Shown piece after piece: positions 1-12,052 of a stretch of DNA of 64,000 nt. Source of the DNA: Octopus bimaculoides. Taxonomy: Eukaryota. Under the pieces are notes generated by a model. It saw nothing but the letters and a program-made list of their open reading frames with translations. It was not told where the DNA came from and did not search any database. Made by a program: the position numbers and the translations under genes. Position 1 is the first letter of the stretch. Every line of letters starts with the position of its first letter. The stretch is from assembly GCF_001194135.2 (NCBI RefSeq), contig NC_069005.1, positions 3,576,374 to 3,640,373 on the forward strand. The letters are read 5' to 3'.

Positions 1-245
<245 letters not shown>

Positions 246-381
246 AAGCAAGTATATATGTGCTTATGTTTGAGTTTTGTGTTTTGATGGATAGAGTGAA
301 GTATGTATTAACTACATTGCGTCGATGCGGATATATTAAATATGAAATTAAAATAAATGTGAATTCACATGGGATGGTTCA

Positions 382-1335
382 GATACTCACCGTCGCTCTT
401 CTGTTTTGGATGGCTTGTTTGAGCTGAGGCTTATCGTTAATGAACAATACGATATATGCAGGATCAATGACGTATGGCTTTTTGTCTCTAACATTTTGGC
501 CTCGTACTTCTTTATTGAAATGGTCTGTGATTATAGAGTGGCGAAGGTCAACTATCTTACAGACGAAATTATCCTTTAGAGGCGTGATTTTTTTTCTGTA
601 TGGGCACGTTTTACTTGCACAACTTTGTCAGTGACCTGCAACTGATTGAACGATATGTTATCATTACCAACACATTACCTTGCCTTTTTCCATCACTTAA
701 TTCAGCATGTTTAAGGATTAATGAAACATTTTTACACTTTCCAATTTTGTAATATTGAATATAAATTGACAGACTGCCGATAATACTTTTGTAAATAACC
801 AGAGATGTGAATAACTTTGAGTAGAAAACGGTTCTGCAGACACACTCACGTTGTCCAGTCGCTGTTATTATCGTATTTTTTCTGTTTCTGTTGTTCACAT
901 ACAAATCAATGAGGAAAGGATTTTCTAATTATGTGAGTTCAATCTTTTCCTTCAGCGGTCTAAGGAATCAATTCATTTCACTATATACCGTCTCTGACAT
1001 AATAGTCACTATATGTTTGTGGTATCACTTAATATTGTTAGCGTGTCACTAGTTGCTGTAACCGAAGAATTTTGTGGCTGAGAAGTGAAAACACAATGTT
1101 TGATGAGCGTTTTTACTTTAAGTTTGCTCGTGAAGAGATTGACTCCATCTTGATGAAACCTATAATTCATGGTATCATGTAATAACAACGTGCTGTGTTG
1201 CTCATGTACAACGGGAATGTGCGATTTTATATTTTTGATATGATTAACAACAGTGTTGAAAGAGACTCTATTAGCAAGAGTTCGTTTATGTATTTCTCCG
1301 AGATGCCTTTTCGAGGAGACACTGAAGATTTGGTG
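382..1335 (-). pseudogene. Decayed, frameshifted reading frame resembling a D5-family primase/SF3 helicase
   Basis: Three long minus-strand open stretches (~1010-1335, 611-~920, 382-630) joined by stops and frameshifts. Ordered motifs RFHQDGVNLFTSKLK (1117-1161), AELSDGKR (683-706) and NKEVRGQNVRDKKPYVIDPAYIVLFINDKP (~427-519) recall D5_N and SF3 motifs. No intact Walker A. Confidence 0.35.
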
Positions 1336-1514
1336 TTAGTTTTCTAGGTTGCATATGGTGTGGGAGGTAAGGTGGGTTAGATACATTTTAGAAATATTTG
1401 AATAAACGGGGGCATCTATGTACGACATAAACGTAGATCGTTTATGTACTGAAATGGTGTTGAGATGAAGCTAAACACTGCGGAATGTTAGAGCATCATT
1501 GAAATTGAGAGCGG

Positions 1515-1557
1515 GATACAGAGAGAGGAGAGATATAGAGATAGAGAGAGAGAGAGA

Positions 1558-1630
<73 letters not shown>

Positions 1631-1645
1631 CGGCAGACAGAAAGA
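1515..1645. repeat. (GA)n microsatellite
   Basis: Directly visible, ~130 bp. Confidence 0.95.
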
Positions 1646-2281
1646 GACAGAGAGAACGAGAGAGCTTCATGTTAACGGCAGAAATTTGAATGAACCTGAC
1701 CGGAAGCTAACTGGCTAAAATTTGTAAGAATGACAGAGTTCATGGGCATCAAATTGTGTTAAGACATTTGTTTATGAGAGGCGGGTAACGCTTAGTTGAA
1801 GTCAGTCGCAACATAACTATTTTCGTAGAGTATCTGGAGGCTTCGACTAAATTTAATTATGCAATCCTTACCTGAGGTTATTAAAAAAGTTGTTAATATG
1901 AAATGCGTGGAAATAATCAATTTTGAGCTATTTGGAATTGAGTGCGATATTTGCAAAAGTTAGAGGAATACCATTATTTCAGATTGGAACGAAGTAAATA
2001 TGCTACGAAGGATCAGGTTTTATTTCAAGAGGAGTTAAGAAAAGAAAGTTTGGAGTAAGAGATCGCAGAGCTTCTTTATGGAATGTATGGTTACAGGATG
2101 ATGAAAAGATGTGGTCACATTCGATATCCAAGAGGTACTTTCGCACTTCGAGGTTTATATTTACTTAGTGGAGCGTGGTCGACATAGACAGATTCAGAGA
2201 GATTTACTTAGCGTTGAGTCAGATGCACAGTAGCAGCAAACATACATTATATTTTAATGCAGATTTGCATTCATCACCAAC

Positions 2282-2514
2282 GATATACTAAAGGTTTAAA
2301 TTAAAAGATTAAAATAGGGGAAGGCATAATAGATCACAGTAAAATGCAGAAAACAAAAATTCGAAAAAATATTGGAAGCTTAAACAAGATATGGAGGAAG
2401 GGAGACAATCCAATGAATTCATCTTATATAATTATTTCTCCTTATGAAAATAAATCACAATACTGATTTTAATCTTCCCCTAATTAATGTTTTAATTAAA
2501 ACTTTTAGTATATC
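2282..2514. mobile_element. Small MITE-like element with ~42-bp imperfect terminal inverted repeats
   Basis: 2282-2323 gatatactaaaggtttaaattaaaagattaaaataggggaag matches the reverse complement of 2474-2514 (gatatactaaaagttttaattaaaacattaattaggggaag). Confidence 0.6.
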
Positions 2515-2989
2515 ATTCACAGCCTCTCTCCCGTAATGACTCTATGTAAACCAGCGTCCTTGTTTCTAACGGTCACTTACTTAGCTATATAATGTTATAA
2601 ATAGTACGTCACCTTAACATTTCGCATATGTCTTGCTTCTGTATGTTGGTTCCCTGACGATGAATGTAAATGTAAGCGAAGAATGTAAATATAATAAATA
2701 AAACATCATAGCCTTGTAATATATTAATATACGGATATTAACGCAAATTAATGATAATACAAGGTACAAGATATTGTGCTCTTATATGCGTTTTGCTCCA
2801 TTTATTCTTCTTCTTCATATCGACTCAAAATACATCACTTTAACTTGGTATTTCTACCTATAAAACGGGTGTATTATCCTAGTTTTTGTGTGAATTTTTA
2901 CTAACAATGGTAACTGTTAACATATTTACATTGTCAAAGATTTTTCAACCGACATAATATTAATATATACAAAAGTTAAAATATATATA

Positions 2990-3029
<40 letters not shown>

Positions 3030-3031
<2 letters not shown>

Positions 3032-3174
3032 ACGAGGTTCTTTCAGTTTCTGTCTACCAGTTTCAGTCCACTCACAAGGCGGTGATCGGCCCGAAGCTAT
3101 AGTAGAATATACTTGCCCAAGTTGTCACGCTGTGGGAATGAAACCAGAAGCATGTGGTTGGGAAGTAACCACAC
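3030..3174 (-). mobile_element. SINE family B (tRNA-like head + CORE-like box), head fragment
   Basis: Reverse complement matches the family-B heads at 17499, 22541, 31750 and 41343 (caacttgggcaagt... and gtagacagaaactgaaagaa segments). Confidence 0.8.
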
Positions 3175-3289
3175 ATCATCCTTTTAAAACATGTTAAACA
3201 ATTAGTGGATGGGGGCATAACAAGTTTCTCGAATACTCTCAAGATTCGTGTGGTCGTCTGTGAATTGCAAATCTTTACTGCCATCGGAC

Positions 3290-3780
3290 CTAAGTTGTTA
3301 AAAACGAAATGTTATTCAGACATAACACAATATGGCGTACACTACTTAGTGCAATTTTTTTTCTGATGTTACCCAACTTTCTAGAATTTATGAATAGAAT
3401 GCATCTTCGCTTGATGCTTACTTTAAGAAAGTTTATCGTAAAAAATGTAATACAAGAATGAAGAGTTGAGAATAGGTGAAAGAGCAACGGATGTTGGGCA
3501 CTGAAATATTTTATAAGTTGCAGTTAGCATCTAGAACTTGTGAAAAAAACTGGAGGACGTCAACGTCGAAAGGTAAAATTACATTTAGCAGTTAGCATGG
3601 GATGCAGCCTGCATGACATTCAGGATTAGTAACACTTTGCCGAGAAAGAAAAGTGGGTTTCCTGCGTAATAGTTAAAAAATATTGGGGGATACCCGGAAA
3701 GAGATCAAGCAAACTGTATTACAATGGAATGATAGATTCATTGACATTGTCAGAGTGGTATGAAATTTGTCTTATCATCT
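3290..3780 (+). mobile_element. Decayed L1/Tx1-like LINE ORF2 3' fragment
   Basis: Broken frames WALKYFYKLQLASRTCEKNWR (~3495-3555) and LHLAVSMGCSLHDIQD**HF (~3579 onward) resemble the zf-RVT/CCHC region; many stops. Confidence 0.4.
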
Positions 3781-4744
3781 TTCATTTTATCGTCACGTTA
3801 CGTAATCGGAGATCAGTTTTAATCTGACTTGAATATTTATGTCAATAATCATCTCTGTATGTTGTACAATTCCATGACCATTCACGTAATGCTGGTAATT
3901 ATCCAATAAAAATGAGAATTGATATATTCAGCTGCAGTAGAATTTTTCATTATTTCTTGTAGGTGCGGTTATCATATATACCATTAAAAGACATGATTTT
4001 TGAGCTGTAATAATATAGTTGATTAATTATATAAAAACATGATGCAAGTCTGAAAAACTGTCTTATCTAAAATGTGTCGCCAGACTGTCTCCTTTCTCAC
4101 AGCATAAGAAATGATACTTTCATAGCGCTGAGGTGTGAAGCTTCTACCCACAGTTAACGTTAATAATTTTTGACCAGATATAGCACCTTTCTGCATTCAG
4201 ATGGTAAGTACACAGAACATCTGTCGTTGTCGCTGTCTCTACCAATGTTCTCAAACAAATAATCGTAAAAAGCCAGAGGCACTGACACTGGGAATCCGAT
4301 AAAGGGCAAAACTGGACGGACATGGTGTTTTTACACACTGTCCCATCAGAGATTTATTTCTTCTCGGTAACTGCATTGAATTTGCTTTTAGAAGTTAATT
4401 GAAATATGTCACAAGCATATTTTAACTAAATTGAGGTTCACATACATACTCACAATAACACGCAGACACACATATATATGTATATATATATATATATNNN
4501 NNNNNNNNNNNNNNNNNNNNNNNNNNNNNNNNNNNNNNNNNNNNNNNNNNNNNNNNNNNNNNNNNNNNNNNNNNNNNNNNNNNNNNNNAAAACTACATAT
4601 ATACATATATAACTACATATATACATATAGAGCTACATATATACGTTATGTTTATGCTAACATCAATACATCTATTTTATGTCGGCATGTATGTATACAG
4701 ATGTACATGCATAAAAATAAACACACACAGACACACACGCACGA

Positions 4745-4792
<48 letters not shown>

Positions 4793-5981
4793 ACACACAC
4801 ACACACGCGCGCAAACACACTTTCGATATTCTTATATTTTATCTCAAATGTAAAACAAAAATACTACATCAAATAGTTATTTTCTTATGGATATTTATGT
4901 AAATGGAATCAACTTTCAGTGATATCTTGCAGAAACCTATAAGGAGTAACAAGACATTGGTTGTTCCAAAGAAATAAAAAAAATAACTACCTCTTTGGAA
5001 GCATTTCAAGAGAAGTTATTCTAACATATGATTGCCAAAATTGTCAAAATATATATTCTTTTTTAGTGTGCCTGAGAGTGAGGGAGCTTTGTGCTTATGT
5101 TCTAAGTATATGCAGTGCGGCATGGACTTATGTGTGTGCGCGTATGCGTGCGTGCACGTGTGTGTGTGTATGNNNNNNNNNNNNNNNNNNNNNNNNNNNN
5201 NNNNNNNNNNNNNNNNNNNNNNNNNNNNNNNNNNNNNNNNNNNNNNNNNNNNNNNNNNNNNNNNNNNNNNNNNNNNNNNNNNNNNNNNNNNNNNNNNNNN
5301 NNNNNNNNNNNNNNNNNNNNNNNNNNNNNNNNNNNNNNNNNNNNNNNNNNNNNNNNNNNNNNNNNNNNNNNNNNNNNNNNNNNNNNNNNNNNNNNNNNNN
5401 NNNNNNNNNNNNNNNNNNNNNNNNNNNNNNNNNNNNNNNNNNNNNNNNNNNNNNNNNNNNNNNNNNNNNNNNNNNNNNNNNNNNNNNNNNNNNNNNNNNN
5501 NNNNNNNNNNNNNNNNNNNNNNNNNNNNNCGTGTGTGTGTGTGTGTATGCATACACATATATACGAAAACGAAAAAGAAAGATTGAGGGAGAAAGAGAGA
5601 GAGAGAGAGAGAGATGTGCATTAGCATATCAATCGATTCTTATATACGTATACCAGCCATTCGACACATAGATATACAGTGGAATACAGAGAGATATACA
5701 TGACTGCATATATGCCAACATATGTAAACCTCTACCACTCTCTCTCACTCTCTCTTTCTCTTTCTTTATAAATCTTTGTGTATGCGTGTGTGTTTGCATG
5801 TATGTATGCGTGGGTGTGCGTGTGCGTTTGTCCGGTATATTTGTAGAAGAGAGAACTTGTACTTACTATATTTTCGTCGCCTTGTGTAAAAAGATACGAA
5901 GTTTATTCATTGGAGAATACATATTGTATCTCTGCCTGGCACACACACACGCACGCACACCCATACACATATATATGTGCA

Positions 5982-6023
<42 letters not shown>

Positions 6024-6129
6024 AAAGGAGAGATAGAAAGCGAGCCACCGTTACAATGGAAGTTATCATTTGAATCATATTGATACTAATACTAGAGACC
6101 GACTAGTACTAAACATGAGAGTAACTATG

Positions 6130-6200
<71 letters not shown>
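6130..6200. repeat. (ACA)n(ATA)n compound trinucleotide repeat
   Basis: Directly visible. Confidence 0.95.
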
Positions 6201-6204
<4 letters not shown>

Positions 6205-6322
6205 GTTACATCTGCACCCCCGGATGCTCCGAAACCAGTTGTTGAGTGTCCCACCCATGATGGATCGTATATTCCATCTTCCGTTTTTGATTTGCAGTGT
6301 ATATATATATGTGTGTGTGTGC

Positions 6323-6418
<96 letters not shown>

Positions 6419-7180
6419 CGAATGTATATATGGGGTAGTGACTATAAATACAAACCGTCGCATGTACCGTTTTCTTTAAATTGTCACTGAAAGGCAGCAT
6501 GTCACATCTTCTAGCACCGTTATGTGTATGGTTATAATGTAGGTATACTGGAAATGATTTCGGTATATCGATCATAACCATTCTGCCATAGACAATTTCT
6601 ATTTATTACATTGTGTATCTAGATCACTTAAATATATATACGAACGGTAACACCAACGGAAGAAAATAACCGGAATTGCAAAATCGTTGTTGCTGACACA
6701 CTCAAGAATTGCTCAAACTTCATATTGCATGAATTTCACGTTCCAAGCAGGCATTTTAGCGCGTCATTAACTGCTGAGTATGTCATTATTGTATTAATCA
6801 TTCCGCTCGGACGTCTATATAAATATCATCCGTTAGTTTGATTGAAGAAATATTAACCGAGAATCTCAATGTATTCAACTAAAGCCACGAATTCTCTGAT
6901 AATAATTAAAGCAAATATCTTTAGCGAAAATATGAGAGATCGCAAAAATATTTCCAACATATATGTATAATAAATTTGAATTATTAATAATCTGCATTAA
7001 CTCTACTAATATTGATTTGTTCACTTTGTTATTGTATCACTGTCTCTGTGTCCTCTGTATAATTAATCTTAGGAAGATTACAAACAGGATGCACCGTTTG
7101 AAGATACAGAGCTACACTTCCCGGTTGAATATAAATTCAGTTTCTACTGAATACTACTTGCTAAATATATTGCTAAATAT

Positions 7181-7341
7181 TCTTTTCTACTCTAGGCACA
7201 AGGTCGCAACTGGTATTTAATTTATCGACCGCCAAAAGGATGAAAGGTAAAGTCGGCCTCGGTTGAATTTGAACTCAGAACGTTAAGACAGATGAAATAC
7301 CGCTAAGCATTTCTCCCGCCCTCCTAACGCTTCTGCCAGCT
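7181..7341 (-). mobile_element. SINE family A, A1 tail (internally deleted)
   Basis: Minus strand has A-box-like tggcagaagcgttag, B-box-like gagttcaaatt, the ctttcatcctt..gtcgataaattaa.tacc core and the ccttgtgcctagagtaga tail; flanked by a gctaaatatt direct repeat (7172-7181 / 7339-7348). Confidence 0.9.
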
Positions 7342-7349
7342 AAATATTT

Positions 7350-7530
7350 ATTACTTTATTGCCCACAAGGTTAAACATAGAGGGGACAAAGAACGGCTTA
7401 TTTCATCGACCCCGAAAGGATGAAAGGGAAAGTCGACTTCGGAGGAATTTGAACTCAGAATGTAACGGTGGACGAAATACCGCAAAGCATTTCTCCTGGC
7501 GTGTAAACGACTCTGCCAGCTCGCCGCCTT
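7350..7530 (-). mobile_element. SINE family A, A2 tail
   Basis: Same head and core as A1 but with the gtcccctctatgttta..ccttgtgggcaataaag tail. Confidence 0.9.
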
Positions 7531-7756
7531 AAGGTGTACTAAATATTGTTTTTCACATTGATGCATTAAATGTTACACATTATGTCACTGAAGATTTGCA
7601 GTGGGGTTGCATACTAATTTGAGAGGTCACGGTAGGGAACTCAGAAACATGATTGACAACGACAAGACCCAGCGTCAAGGATAACAACATATACATATGT
7701 TTGTGTATATGTGCGAGCATGTATGTGTGCGTGTGCTTATGTATATGTAATCACAC

Positions 7757-7792
<36 letters not shown>

Positions 7793-9094
7793 NNNNNNNN
7801 NNNNNNNNNNNNNNNNNNNNNNNNNNNNNNNNNNNNNNNNNNNNNNNNNNNNNNNNNNNNNNNNNNNNNNNNNNNNNNNNNNNNNNNNNNNNNNNNNNNN
7901 NNNNNNNNNNNNNNNNNNNNNNNNNNNNNNNNNNNNNNNNNNNNNNNNNNNNNNNNNNNNNNNNNNNNNNNNNNNNNNNNNNNNNNNNNNNNNNNNNNNN
8001 NNNNNNNNNNNNNNNNNNNNNNNNNNNNNNNNNNNNNNNNNNNNNNNNNNNNNNNNNNNNNNNNNNNNNNNNNNNNNNNNNNNNNNNNNNNNNNNNNNNN
8101 NNNNNNNNNNNNNNNNNNNNNNNNNNNNNNNNNNNNNNNNNNNNNNNNNNNNNNNNNNNNNNNNNNNNNNNNNNNNNNNNNNNNNNNNNNNNNNNNNNNN
8201 NNNNNNNNNNNNNNNNNNNNNNNNNNNNNNNNNNNNNNNNNNNNNNNNNNNNNNNNNNNNNNNNNNNNNNNNNNNNNNNNNNNNNNNNNNNNNNNNNNNN
8301 NNNNNNNNNNNNNNNNNNNNNNNNNNNNNNNNNNNNNNNNNNNNNNNNNNNNNNNNNNNNNNNNNNNNNNNNNNNNNNNNNNNNNNNNNNNNNNNNNNNN
8401 NNNNNNNTATATATATATATATATATATGCTCTACGATGGATTTTTTGACGAATATCAATAATATAATAACTGTGTATATAGACGTGTAAGAATACATTG
8501 ATATCTACAAAATAAGTAAGCTTCAATTAGGAAGAGAGTGCATAAAGGTATTTGAATTTGCGTTTTAAGTAATTACCATTCTATTTGGCGCTAATGCACT
8601 TGCTAAAACCTTGTATATTATGTAGGTTTTTCACTGCAACAACAGTTAGGATATATAAGCTCTGTTATTTCGTATCCATCTCAGGAATATATTCTGTGCT
8701 TGTAGCTGCTCAGTTTGTGAGTTTACGAATAGTCTGGAAGTGCATTAAGAAATTAGTACACATACGTATCTATTTATTTGCCTTCTGTCGCTCTCTCTAT
8801 CTCTCATAATCTCTGTTTCGCTCACTCTTTCTCTCTCTCTATCACTGTCTCTCTCTCTATCACTGTCTCTCTCTCTCACACTGACACTTATGTGTGCGTA
8901 CACACAAACACACACGCATATACACACACATATATTTATATATATTTATGCATATTCACACACGTATGATGCATTTACATTTATATATGTATGTGTGATA
9001 TGTTTAAGATGTAATTGTGTTCAATTTCAATATTTTTTCGAAGTTTACTCACTTTTCATTAATGTTNNNNNNNNNNNNNNNNNNNNNNNNNNNN

Positions 9095-9125
<31 letters not shown>

Positions 9126-11619
9126 AATTTATACACGCACACACACATATAAGTATGTAAATATGTGTGTATATATATTCACAATAACATAAATAAATGT
9201 AAACAAATATTGTGTGCATTTGTAAATATATAATGTTTCTTCTTAAGATTTCCTGCGTCGACATTCCTCCGGTACGAAAATAGACTCAAAAACGTATACA
9301 AAATCTAGTATGAAATATTCTTGATCTCAACACAGAGAATCACTTCATCTGCCGTTCGTTGTGTTTTTCATCTCTTTCTTCGTCGCTTTTCTATCCCTTT
9401 GTTTGTTTCTTTCTCACTAAGTTACAAGAGATTTTTCTTAGCATTGAAACTCTCTTAAGTGATTCTAAAGCTTGATTTTATTTGCAAATGTATTTGGCGC
9501 CTGTCTGATGATGCAGGCGAAATAATTATAGAAGAACAACATCAAAAACGAACGGGAAGGATAAGATAAAGAAATGAAGATGGGAAGACGATTTAAACAG
9601 CGTAGTTATTGAATTGGAAGCCGGGCCGTGTTCTTCTGCAAAGACTGCATTAAATAGTTCTATTCAAACTTACTTTCATCTTTTGGAAAATTGGCGATTT
9701 AACATTGTTTAACTTTGTGCACCTGTATATAGAAGATAGCCGTTCTGAAGTCTGTGAAAGATAGTTGGTAGTTTAGTACCGCAAAATAAAAGAGATTATG
9801 TAAAGCAATTATTTCCTGTTTCACTAACTGATAGACTTTATATATATATATATACATGTGTGCGTGAGTGTTTGTGCGTATGTGATTATATGTGTGTGTA
9901 ATTACATATATATATANNNNNNNNNNNNNNNNNNNNNNNNNNNNNNNNNNNNNNNNNNNNNNNNNNNNNNNNNNNNNNNNNNNNNNNNNNNNNNNNNNNN
10001 NNNNNNNNNNNNNNNNNNNNNNNNNNNNNNNNNNNNNNNNNNNNNNNNNNNNNNNNNNNNNNNNNNNNNNNNNNNNNNNNNNNNNNNNNNNNNNNNNNNN
10101 NNNNNNNNNNNNNNNNNNNNNNNNNNNNNNNNNNNNNNNNNNNNNNNNNNNNNNNNNNNNNNNNNNNNNNNNNNNNNNNNNNNNNNNNNNNNNNNNNNNN
10201 NNNNNNNNNNNNNNNNNNNNNNNNNNNNNNNNNNNNNNNNNNNNNNNNNNNNNNNNNNNNNNNNNNNNNNNNNNNNNNNNNNNNNNNNNNNNNNNNNNNN
10301 NNNNNNNNNNNNNNNNNNNNNNNNNNNNNNNNNNNNNNNNNNNNNNNNNNNNNNNNNNNNNNNNNNNNNNNNNNNNNNNNNNNNNNNNNNNNNNNNNNNN
10401 NNNNNNNNNNNNNNNNNNNNNNNNNNNNNNNNNNNNNNNNNNNNNNNNNNNNNNNNNNNNNNNNNNNNNNNNNNNNNNNNNNNNNNNNNNNNNNNNNNNN
10501 NNNNNNNNNNNNNNNNNNNNNNNNNNNNNNNNNNNNNNNNNNNNNNNNNNNNNNNNNNNNNNNNNNNNNNNNNNNNNNNNNNNNNNNNNNNNNNNNNNNN
10601 NNNNNNNNNNNNNNNNNNNNNNNNNNNNNNNNNNNNNNNNNNNNNNNNNNNNNNNNNNNNNNNNNNNNNNNNNNTATATATATACGTATGCTTCATTATG
10701 CGTATTTGAGATCCGGCATTCGGGTGACTCAAGTGCATCTGGACACTTAATCGGAAGGACTCATCAGGGGACACTTTATTGCCTTACGTTAATGCGCACT
10801 AATCCGCAGTAAGGTGTTCTGTGATGAACCTTCCCGATTATGTTTCCAGTGGCACTTGGATTGACTTCATTCTTGCAAATTAATTCTGGGAACGTGCACC
10901 ACCTTTTGGCGAAACACGAAATATACATATGTGTGTGTGTGTGTGTGTGTGTTTGTGTGTATATTCATATGTATACATACATGCATATATATATATACAC
11001 ACATACATATACCTATGCATGTAAGTATTCACAAAGCAAAACACATATGTTCGCACATTTATTTAGCTTTACTAGTTCATTCGAAGCACGTATTATTTAA
11101 TTAGTAGAAATGGCCGAATGTTAAAATATATACCATTCACATTTAAATTAATGTCATTTTCCTGAACAAGTACAGCTTCATCGTAGTCAAAACTTGACAT
11201 TGATTTTTGGAGAATATCACTACAAAATGGTATAAACTATTTATGATTTCGTAAAGGTAATAGCAGAATACGTTAAAGGAATTCCTCACACATATTAATT
11301 GATATTCGGTCGCGCATTTAATAATCCACAGGAGCTTATCATATCTATTTTGAAAACTACTGTTTGATGGTACGCACACAGCTCTTGTGCAGGACGTAGT
11401 CTGTACACACACATATAAATTTTGATCGTGTTATCTATATAGGTTGTCCAAGCGCACACACACTCATAAAATGTTATATAATTTAATGTTTATGACATTT
11501 TCCTCCTACATCTATGACCACGATAATTACATACTGGCTTGTAAAATAAAGACAACATCAATATATCTACATATGTGTATAAAACTATCTATCTCTTTCT
11601 CTGTCTCTGTCTGTCTGTA

Positions 11620-11669
<50 letters not shown>

Positions 11670-11879
11670 NNNNNNNNNNNNNNNNNNNNNNNNNNNNNNN
11701 NNNNNNNNNNNNNNNNNNNNNNNNNNNNNNNNNNNNNNNNNNNNNNNNNNNNNNNNNNNNNNNNNNNNNNNNNNNNNNNNNNNNNNNNNNNNNNNNNNNN
11801 NNNNNNNNNNNNNNNNNNNNNNNNNNNNNNNNNNNNNNNNNNNNNNNNNNNNNNNNNNNNNNNNNNNNNNNNNNNNNNN

Positions 11880-11927
<48 letters not shown>

Positions 11928-12017
11928 ATTAATATTTCTAAGTCTCTCTAAAGGAGACTACGGCAGCGGTACTGGAAATTAATAGTTATCGCCAAGCCAA
12001 CATGGCAGTCCCAAAAT

Positions 12018-12052
<35 letters not shown>

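Noticed and set aside
1143-1215. IS66/hAT-like HLDET and CVAH motifs on the plus strand
   Set aside because: Spacing is too short, the frame is short, and the minus strand has the longer open frame.
2065-2095. PolB motif-B-like LLYGMYGY
   Set aside because: Lacks the upstream K...NS and any other polymerase motif.
2660-2690. Hammerhead-like cctgacga...gcgaag
   Set aside because: No stem II and no GAAA box.
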